The notes below the pieces were generated by a model. The model was not told the DNA's origin. It saw only the letters and a program-made list of their open reading frames with translations, and made no database searches. A stretch of DNA of 64,000 nt from the IMG/VR virus record IMGVR_UViG_3300045988_184153, one strand, 5' to 3'. A program made the position numbers and the translations under genes. Origin of the DNA: a virus. How positions within the stretch are numbered: the first letter of the stretch is position 1; each line of letters opens with the position of its first letter. Below, one piece after another: positions 57,260 through 64,000 of the stretch.

Positions 57260-58219
57260 CTATTCTAGCAATAATTCTGTAATAATGTCAGCGAAACGCT
57301 TCTTGTTTTCTTTTGATTCGTTATACAAAAGTTCTTTAATAGCACAAAAACTATTATTGTAACGCAATTCGCTTTTTATTTTTTTATCAGTGAAATAATC
57401 TAGTGAGGCTGTTCTAGCCTCCAAATCTTTAAAGGAAAAGATATCCTCTTCAATTAAAAATTTTGCACTTAATTCTAGAGCCTTTTTTCTAATTTTATCA
57501 CAGTAATCTTTTAATAAAAACTTTTCATCTTCATCGTCAATAAATGATTTTAAAAATAACTTATTATCTCGAGATAAAAAATTGGTTTTATCGTTAATGC
57601 CAATTTTCAAGTTTAACAAATCAATAAGATGATTTTTAAAGCTAAGAGATAATTTTTTATTTTTATCAAGATAAACAGTGGTTGTTTTGAGACGGTGGTG
57701 TGACGATTTTTCAGAATGATAGATGTGGTTAGCAAAGGATAATTTTTCTTTCAAATACTTAGATAAAGAAGTTGCAACTTTATCTTCAGATTTGCATTTT
57801 GAGTCAACACGAAATGAAACTGTAAAGTATTCCCAACTAGATCCATTAGAAATTTTCTTAACTTTAGTATTAATTTTATCCTTAAATTCTTTCTTGATTT
57901 TTTCTGGAAATATTACAGAAACATACTTACCAACCTCAAAAGTATTGCTTGAGTTTTCGACGATATTAAAATCAAATTTTAAATCCTTAACCGCCTTCTC
58001 ATACTCAAAGATTAATTCCGGATTTTCCGCAAACATCTTTGCAAAATCATCAGTGTAATTCAATCGTGCGTACAAATCAGCAAATTCATCATAGATTTCT
58101 TTTACAATTTTAGCCTCACCTATTTTGGATAAAATATCCTCATCACTCATTTTTGCAATATTCTTAAGCGACAAAGATAGTTCTAAAACTTCATTATTAT
58201 TATTTTTCGAACTTTTCAT
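57260..58219 (-). CDS. Hypothetical protein, about 320-aa family member (319 aa)
   Basis: ENPELIFEYEKAVKDLKFDF block and C-terminal ENKKRFADIITELLLE. GAAAGAAGGTG SD. In an operon with 58249..58554. Confidence 0.65.
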   Translation of the reverse strand: MKSSKNNNNEVLELSLSLKNIAKMSDEDILSKIGEAKIVKEIYDEFADLYARLNYTDDFAKMFAENPELIFEYEKAVKDLKFDFNIVENSSNTFEVGKYVSVIFPEKIKKEFKDKINTKVKKISNGSSWEYFTVSFRVDSKCKSEDKVATSLSKYLKEKLSFANHIYHSEKSSHHRLKTTTVYLDKNKKLSLSFKNHLIDLLNLKIGINDKTNFLSRDNKLFLKSFIDDEDEKFLLKDYCDKIRKKALELSAKFLIEEDIFSFKDLEARTASLDYFTDKKIKSELRYNNSFCAIKELLYNESKENKKRFADIITELLLE

Positions 58220-58248
58220 TCGAGCACCTTCTTTCTTTATTTAAATTA

Positions 58249-58554
58249 CTACAAATTGTTAACCAACAACTCTTTTACCAAAAGGAGTCTATTTTCAGTC
58301 TTTTCCAACCACTCCGGCAAATCATCATCAGGTTGCCACGAATATTTTTTCTCTAGCAAGGATAGTTGTGCTTTGTCTCCAAACTCCATATTCTCGGACA
58401 ACCAACGGATGAAATCTGTATCAGATAAAGTGTAAATCATTACAGTTAAATTTTCTGGGTTGATTTCTGTTCCAAAATTAGGCCAGATAACTTTTAAAAA
58501 GTCATAAACTTTTTCTGGAGCAGCAGGTTTTGTATTATCTTTCGATTTTTTCAT
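58249..58554 (-). CDS. Hypothetical protein (101 aa)
   Basis: ORF track. Cassette TTATAATTAAATAAAAAATATACGAAAGAAAGAAGGTATTCGA-ATG on the minus strand. Confidence 0.6.
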   Translation of the reverse strand: MKKSKDNTKPAAPEKVYDFLKVIWPNFGTEINPENLTVMIYTLSDTDFIRWLSENMEFGDKAQLSLLEKKYSWQPDDDLPEWLEKTENRLLLVKELLVNNL

Positions 58555-58646
58555 TCGAATACCTTCTTTCTTTCGTATATTTTTTATTTAATTATAAAAG
58601 AGAATTGACTACAAAAACCAACTCTCTTAATCTCTGTGTCTACTTC

Positions 58647-59510
58647 TTAGGAGAGAACTTTTTTAGCTTCTTTTTTGAAGATTTTTATTAACTTCAACAA
58701 GAAATCATCTTCTGAAATTTTTCCAAAAGTATAGTCAAAGAAATCATTGTTGATATCTGGGTCGATTGGGTTAATTTCGAATCTTGGAATGTGACGGGCA
58801 ACGGATAAATAAAAATCTAAAATCGTTTTGCGATTTTTATTGTTTGTAATAAATAATTTACCATTCTGATCAAAAGAAAGCGTGACTCTCACAGAATCAA
58901 TAGCACGATGATCAAAAATCAAATTAACAACATTTCCTTGATTGCTAATCATTGAACGAACAGATTCAAGAATACGTGAATACTCATTTTGTTCGAATGG
59001 TGAATAATAAAATGTTCGATCACTCAGCAAAAAACCCTCGTCAAGTTCTTTTAGGTTGTTTGAGATATAATCGATATATTTGCAAAGATTAGGATTTGTA
59101 TTTTTGGGAAAAATAAGTTTAATGTCATCAATTTTGTATACAGGTATTCCCATCTCAAAACTATCTAAATTATTACCTTTGATAATCTCTGATTTAAAAC
59201 GAATTTTATTCAACATAGGAAGAACCAGTTCGTCATTTTGGTAATCAACTTCAATTTCCATTTTTTGGATAGTTTCAAAAAATTCAAAAATTAATCCAGG
59301 ATTTTCGTGAAACATAATGATTCCATCATCACCATCTCGACTTTTATCTAATCGAGCACGCTCTTTAGCCTCTTTGAAAACCTCATCGAATTTTTTTCTA
59401 ACAGAACCTAATCGGTTGATAAGAGCCTTATTCTTCTTGAACTCTTTCAGGAGATCCTGCTCGCTTCCACTACGTAAAAATTCTAGTTTTTCATTAAGTT
59501 TAGTTGTCAT
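58647..59510 (-). CDS. Hypothetical protein, about 320-aa family member (287 aa)
   Basis: FHENPGLIFEFFETIQKMEIEVDY block. Cassette on the minus strand. Confidence 0.65.
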   Translation of the reverse strand: MTTKLNEKLEFLRSGSEQDLLKEFKKNKALINRLGSVRKKFDEVFKEAKERARLDKSRDGDDGIIMFHENPGLIFEFFETIQKMEIEVDYQNDELVLPMLNKIRFKSEIIKGNNLDSFEMGIPVYKIDDIKLIFPKNTNPNLCKYIDYISNNLKELDEGFLLSDRTFYYSPFEQNEYSRILESVRSMISNQGNVVNLIFDHRAIDSVRVTLSFDQNGKLFITNNKNRKTILDFYLSVARHIPRFEINPIDPDINNDFFDYTFGKISEDDFLLKLIKIFKKEAKKVLS

Positions 59511-59602
59511 TATAAAACCTTCTTTCTTTTTATTCTTTTAATTTATTATATCAAAATTCGTACTTTTTTTCAATAAAAAAAAGAGGGTGCCGCCCCTCAT
59601 TT

Positions 59603-60103
59603 TTATTTATTCATCAACTTGACAACATCGTCAGCTAATGCGTCAATAACGTCGTCAAACCCGACTCCGTTTTTATTGAATGCAAAGTCGATGAACAAGT
59701 CAGAATGATCTTTGTTATCAAAATCGACAACAATTGATCCGAGGAGTGGGTGTAGGCGGTTAACAACATCGCCATCACGAACCACGCCGAAAAATGGATT
59801 TGTGATTACTTTGACCATTCCATTAACAGACATTAAAAATAATGTCTTTGTGGTTCCAAGAGGACCCTTGGAGTCTTTTAGCGCTTTTGCTAAAAGACCC
59901 GCACCAATGTTGAAGTTGGCGTCGGTTGCGGCATAACCGATAATAAACATTGGTGAATTTGTGTGACTTTTCACCACTTTAGACTTATTAAAGTCATTAG
60001 TGACGTTAATCACACGATTACGCATAGCCATAACAGCTTTGCGGACAGCTGTTGAGTTCTTCAACATATCAACAGCTGTTTTTTTAGTTAATTTGTCAGT
60101 CAT
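59603..60103 (-). CDS. Hypothetical protein (166 aa), paralog of 28968..29519
   Basis: Conserved C-terminus (see 28968..29519). Cassette with ATCCGATAAAAATCGG hairpin and GGAAAGAAGGGACAATA-ATG. Confidence 0.65.
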   Translation of the reverse strand: MTDKLTKKTAVDMLKNSTAVRKAVMAMRNRVINVTNDFNKSKVVKSHTNSPMFIIGYAATDANFNIGAGLLAKALKDSKGPLGTTKTLFLMSVNGMVKVITNPFFGVVRDGDVVNRLHPLLGSIVVDFDNKDHSDLFIDFAFNKNGVGFDDVIDALADDVVKLMNK

Positions 60104-60204
60104 ATTGTCCCTTCTTTCCCCGATTTTTATCGGATTTTTTTAAATATCTGAATTAATTATAGAGAAAAAATAAAAGGACATACTAATGTCCCTTTTTATT
60201 TTGC

Positions 60205-60750
60205 TTATAAAACTTCAAAAATGATATCGAAGTTTTCTTTTTTGATTGGGTAAAGTTCACCCTTCACCCCACGAGCAAGGATATCTGTTGGAAACAGATT
60301 TTCCTTACCTTCTAAAGTATCAATTGCGATATGCCCAACTTCTTTGACTGATTCAGTTGTTTGAGCTGTTTCTCCAATAAATTTCAGAACATCCTGAATA
60401 TCTTCATCTTTTAAAGATGAAAATTCAATCACGTCAATTTGAATGGGTACTTTTTTATAAGTATCCCCCTCAACTTTTTCGTATGTTTTAGAGAAAATTT
60501 CAGGATCGACAGACCAGTAAGATACGCCATCAACATCCAATAACATCCAGTTATTCACCGGTAATAAAATTGGTTGTTTTGTATCACCAAAAGTTTTGGT
60601 AATCAAAATAGTTTTTGATTTTTCTTCAAGAACAGCCGGTTCAGATTCATTTTTATTTAACAAATCCAATACCAATTTGGTGTTAGAACCGTCATACTGC
60701 ATAGCGAATGTTTCGATCGCTTTCTTTTGTGCTTTAAAGTTTTGTGTCAT
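60205..60750 (-). CDS. Hypothetical protein (181 aa)
   Basis: ORF track. Cassette with CTGAGCCAAGCTCAG hairpin and GAGGAAGAAGGAGATTAAA-ATG. Confidence 0.65.
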   Translation of the reverse strand: MTQNFKAQKKAIETFAMQYDGSNTKLVLDLLNKNESEPAVLEEKSKTILITKTFGDTKQPILLPVNNWMLLDVDGVSYWSVDPEIFSKTYEKVEGDTYKKVPIQIDVIEFSSLKDEDIQDVLKFIGETAQTTESVKEVGHIAIDTLEGKENLFPTDILARGVKGELYPIKKENFDIIFEVL

Positions 60751-60834
60751 TTTAATCTCCTTCTTCCTCTGAGCTTGGCTCAGTAATTTATTTTTAAAAT
60801 TATAGAAAAAAGAAAACCGATTAATTCAGTTTTC

Positions 60835-61839
60835 TTAAGAATTACCCTTTAACAATTCTGCAATAATTTCAGCAAAGCGTTCAATCTGTTTCGGATCTTT
60901 TTCATTCTTGATAAAATCTTTGAGCCCCAATACATTGTGATTAAATTTAAGCCCCTCTTTTATTTTTTTATCAGAAATCAATTCAAGTTTAGCGTTACCT
61001 TTTCGAACATCATCAATTGTAAAAGGATCATCCAAAACTAGAACTTCAGAGGCTTTTTTTATCGAAGCTTTGATTATCTTTTCAGCATAAAATTCTAACA
61101 AGAGTTTTTTATTAGAATCAATATTATTACATAAATAATCAAAGAACAGGCCATTTGTTTGAGAAGAGTATTTTCCAAGAGTATCTAATCCAACTTTTAG
61201 ATTTCCAAATTTAATACATTCTTTTTGGTACTTATAACTCTTGTCTGTATAAAGTTGGCCATCCTTATCAATCAAAAGCGGCATAATTTTTGTAGTTGTT
61301 TCAATCCACTGATCCCGAAAAATAATATTAAAAGGATACAATTCTCTTTTGATTTTCTTAAGTAAAAATTTTTCAATTTCACTTTCCTTTGCTTTCCGGA
61401 TATAACTTTTTGTGATATCGTAAAGATTAATCTCTAATAGATTACCTTTTACCTTTGAAAATCTTTCTGTAATTATTGTTTTGATATTAGGATTTGTATT
61501 TTGGGGAATGTTGATCTTTAAATTTTTAATTTCGTAAACGTAAGAATGATCACCGGTTACAATTCGTTCATCAAATGAAATCGTGATTTCACTAACTGCT
61601 TTTTCTAGTTTGGGAACTAAATCTAAATTTTCAACAAGCAATCTTCCTTCTTCAGTATCAACTTTTTTGACATTCAAAAAATAAGAACAATTTTTAATTA
61701 GAGTTTTTAAAACACCCATAAAAGACTCGTCACTTTCCAAAATTTCTGCCACATCACTGACAGATTTTTTTGAAAAAGTTTGCAGTTGTTTAAAAACATC
61801 AATTTTAGGATTGTCAATTTCTTTTGACTTTTTAACCAT
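60835..61839 (-). CDS. Hypothetical protein, about 320-aa family member (334 aa), starts MVKKSKE
   Basis: C-terminal DPKQIERFAEIIAELLKG. Cassette TGTTATAATATAAGAAAGAATTAAATGCTGAAATAAATTCAGTTAAAAGAAAGGAATTTAATA-ATG. Confidence 0.7.
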   Translation of the reverse strand: MVKKSKEIDNPKIDVFKQLQTFSKKSVSDVAEILESDESFMGVLKTLIKNCSYFLNVKKVDTEEGRLLVENLDLVPKLEKAVSEITISFDERIVTGDHSYVYEIKNLKINIPQNTNPNIKTIITERFSKVKGNLLEINLYDITKSYIRKAKESEIEKFLLKKIKRELYPFNIIFRDQWIETTTKIMPLLIDKDGQLYTDKSYKYQKECIKFGNLKVGLDTLGKYSSQTNGLFFDYLCNNIDSNKKLLLEFYAEKIIKASIKKASEVLVLDDPFTIDDVRKGNAKLELISDKKIKEGLKFNHNVLGLKDFIKNEKDPKQIERFAEIIAELLKGNS

Positions 61840-61962
61840 TATTAAATTCCTTTCTTTTAACTGAATTTATTTCAGCATTTAATTCTTTCTTATATTATAA
61901 CAGAAATAAGCCTATATATCAAATTTAAAAAAGGAATATCAAACTTGATATTCCTAGTTTTA

Positions 61963-62913
61963 TTACAGTGAATAATATTCTTGTAAACTTTCGTAACTTG
62001 GTTTATAATCGCCATTAAAGGCTGACCATTTGTATTTATACTTTCTATCATTAATCCAGAATTTCATCTTCTCCAAAAGATAATCTGAAAAAATAAGGTT
62101 CGTTAACCCACCAATCTTAATTTCATTAATAGATAAAATGTCTTTTACAGACCTAACAGAAAAACCTTGCTCTTCAGACATTTCTGAAACTTTTCTGCAA
62201 AATTTACATTTCTTAAATAAGAAAAACTCATAAATCAAAAAGAAAGATATACTACCTAAACCATAATAGAAGAACATTTCTTCGGATAGCATAACAATTC
62301 CAATACCGATCCCAAAAACAACCGCAAAGGGTGTTGGTATAACCGGGAAAAACATTTTTTCTTTTGCGTGCTTGAAGAAATTAATCTCCCAAGAACGCTT
62401 ATCCAACAAGGTTAAGTAAGACTCGAGGTCATAACCTTTGTACCAGGAAAGATTTTTTAAAACCTCTTCCAGTTTTGGATCAAAAACGTTGTCAATCTTT
62501 TCAATATCTACAATATTGTTATCAGCAATTCTAGACTTTGTTGAATCATTTGCAAAATCAACCAATTTACTGATAACAACTTCGTACTCTTCCACTGAAA
62601 TAAATTCAGAGAGTTTCTGTGCTTGACTGAAATACATTTCAGTAGATGGAATCTTCTCTTGACTAACGAAAGTATCACCTTCGTTATCTTTCAAGACCTT
62701 CATACGATTTCCTGAAACAGTTGAAACTGTGGATCCGCCATCTTCGAGCTCTAATTTTACTTTTCCATCAGAAATATTGATAAAGATGTTTGTTTCTCCA
62801 GTTGAAAATTGAGCTCCAACACTATTATGACCTTCCTTTAGTTTGGAGCTATAAATATCATTAATTTTTAGCAACTTATCTAAATAAATAGCCAATTCTT
62901 TTGTTAATGTCAT
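61963..62913 (-). CDS. Membrane protein (316 aa) with C-terminal TM helices, co-transcribed downstream of the helicase gene
   Basis: ORF track. Hydrophobic segments FFPVIPTPFAVVFGIGIGIVML and GLGSISFFLIYEFFLF. The start is 24 nt after the helicase stop, with AAGAAAGGATAAAAAAAACAA-ATG. Confidence 0.6.
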   Translation of the reverse strand: MTLTKELAIYLDKLLKINDIYSSKLKEGHNSVGAQFSTGETNIFINISDGKVKLELEDGGSTVSTVSGNRMKVLKDNEGDTFVSQEKIPSTEMYFSQAQKLSEFISVEEYEVVISKLVDFANDSTKSRIADNNIVDIEKIDNVFDPKLEEVLKNLSWYKGYDLESYLTLLDKRSWEINFFKHAKEKMFFPVIPTPFAVVFGIGIGIVMLSEEMFFYYGLGSISFFLIYEFFLFKKCKFCRKVSEMSEEQGFSVRSVKDILSINEIKIGGLTNLIFSDYLLEKMKFWINDRKYKYKWSAFNGDYKPSYESLQEYYSL

Positions 62914-62936
62914 TTGTTTTTTTTATCCTTTCTTAA

Positions 62937-64000
62937 TTACAGACGCTCTTTAATCAAACTAACACGTTCTAAGTTTGAAATATCAGTTAATGATTCATTA
63001 AGAGTTTCGACTTGACCAATGATAACATTTACTTCCCTTGTCCTTGTGTATCCGGTGTAAACAAGCGATCTGTTCAAAGTTCTTCGTTGTGTTTTATCCA
63101 CAATCTGAATAACGACCTTAGCTTCACTTCCTTGAGACTTGTGGCAAGTTATTGCGTATGCAATGTTGATATCGTAAATACTGTACCCTGAATACTCAAC
63201 AACCCGATTTTCATCGACAGTATCGCCCTCAAACGTTACCTCCAAAACCTTTTTCCCATCATCTCTAATAATAATGTCAGTCACGATTCCGGTTTCTCCG
63301 TTAAAGACTAAATTGTCATAGTCGTTCACCATTTGAATAATTGGATCACCAACATAAAATGCAGAATTGTCTTCCTTGCGAATAATAACCGGCTCATCTT
63401 CTGGATGTTCAAACGTTCTCTGGATCTCTCGATTGATATTTAAGGTTCCCAACTCACCTTTCTTTTGGGCAGACAGGATTAAAATATCGCTATGGTCGAA
63501 TCCTAGCTTTAAAAATCGCTTATAGGATTTAATGAGTGCGTCGATCCCCTCTTGAGTGTTTTGTGTATTGATAAAATAAGAGTCCGAAATTCCACCGTCA
63601 CTTCTCTTTTCGTTGAAAACAAGCCCGTTTTGGTTTTCTTTGTTATAACCAACACCAGATTTCATAAGATGTGCGTTACTAACCAATCTCGATCCGTCAG
63701 CTTGACGAAAAACTTTATTTAAAATTACAGTTTCTACCTTTTTAGATTCAATCAAATCTCTTAAAATCAAACCCGCACCAACAGAAGGCAATTGGTTCTC
63801 GTCGCCAACAAGTAAAAGGTTTGAATTTGGTGACAATGCACTTAAAAGTTGAGAGAATAGGTAAACGTCAATCATTGAGGATTCATCCACAATAACAAAA
63901 TGCTCCTCAATCTTCTTAACATTTTCCTCTCGACCAAAACCCTGAAGATGTAGTTTTCGGTGGATAGTAGAAGCAGGAAATCCCAGAACTTCTGCAAGGC
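62937..64000 (-). CDS. recD2: RecD2-type SF1B DNA helicase, C-terminal portion (the gene continues beyond the window end; the ORF-track Met is internal)
   Basis: The frame stays open to position 64000. Translation there reads LAEVLGFPASTIHRKLHLQGFGREENVKKIEEHFVIVDESSMIDVY, the RecD2 motif Ia/II region. Then LLLVGDENQLPSVGAG, ITCHKSQGSEAKVVI, VYTGYTRTRE (motifs III, V, VI). Confidence 0.8.
   Translation of the reverse strand, partial: LAEVLGFPASTIHRKLHLQGFGREENVKKIEEHFVIVDESSMIDVYLFSQLLSALSPNSNLLLVGDENQLPSVGAGLILRDLIESKKVETVILNKVFRQADGSRLVSNAHLMKSGVGYNKENQNGLVFNEKRSDGGISDSYFINTQNTQEGIDALIKSYKRFLKLGFDHSDILILSAQKKGELGTLNINREIQRTFEHPEDEPVIIRKEDNSAFYVGDPIIQMVNDYDNLVFNGETGIVTDIIIRDDGKKVLEVTFEGDTVDENRVVEYSGYSIYDINIAYAITCHKSQGSEAKVVIQIVDKTQRRTLNRSLVYTGYTRTREVNVIIGQVETLNESLTDISNLERVSLIKERL

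Overview
This 64 kb window is AT-rich (roughly 30% GC) and densely packed with genes. It looks like a low-GC Gram-positive (Firmicutes-like) chromosome or large accessory region. Three things support that. Ribosome-binding sites are extended (AGAAAGAAGG[A/T]) and complement the canonical 16S 3' tail. TTG start codons are frequent. Several secreted proteins end in sortase-type cell-wall anchors.

The clearest contents are:
- Five large surface/adhesin genes (6308-9127, 20977-22878, 23034-25028 and two tandem vWA-domain adhesins at 25143-28919), with P/T/E-rich tandem repeats and a non-canonical sorting motif [AP]V[KE]TGA[NS]A.
- A sixth S/T/P-rich surface protein at 2477-4768, anchored by an N-terminal TM segment and lacking the sorting motif.
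- Two IS200/IS605-type tnpB genes. One is canonical (10620-11801). The other (55598-56950) keeps the RuvC-I and RuvC-II residues but has lost the zinc-finger cysteines and has His in place of the RuvC-III Asp.
- Scattered DNA-metabolism genes: a Toprim primase-like protein, a divergent PolB-like protein, the C-terminal part of a RecD2-type helicase, and two P-loop nucleotide kinases (one Gmk-like, one Tmk/dNK-like).
- A flotillin (SPFH) protein.
- At least five families of tandem or dispersed paralogous genes with no recognisable function. Their sizes are about 580 aa, 320 aa, 260-430 aa, 300 aa (membrane-anchored) and 170-180 aa.

The dominant non-coding signal is a stereotyped cassette of more than 30 copies on both strands in front of almost every gene: TATAAT-TTAAGAAA, then a short inverted repeat, then AGAAAGAAGGAAA, then ATG. 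It often runs on into a conserved ATG-GTA-(GTA)-AAA start.

Other non-coding features are a duplicated perfect-consensus sigma-A promoter with a conserved 80-nt leader (one copy is a stand-alone small-RNA candidate), many Rho-independent terminators, and a GC-rich (about 43%) gene flanked by twin hairpins with identical loops. No rRNA, tRNA or CRISPR arrays were seen. Coordinates I derived by hand (small ORFs, motifs, hairpins) may be off by 1-2 nt.
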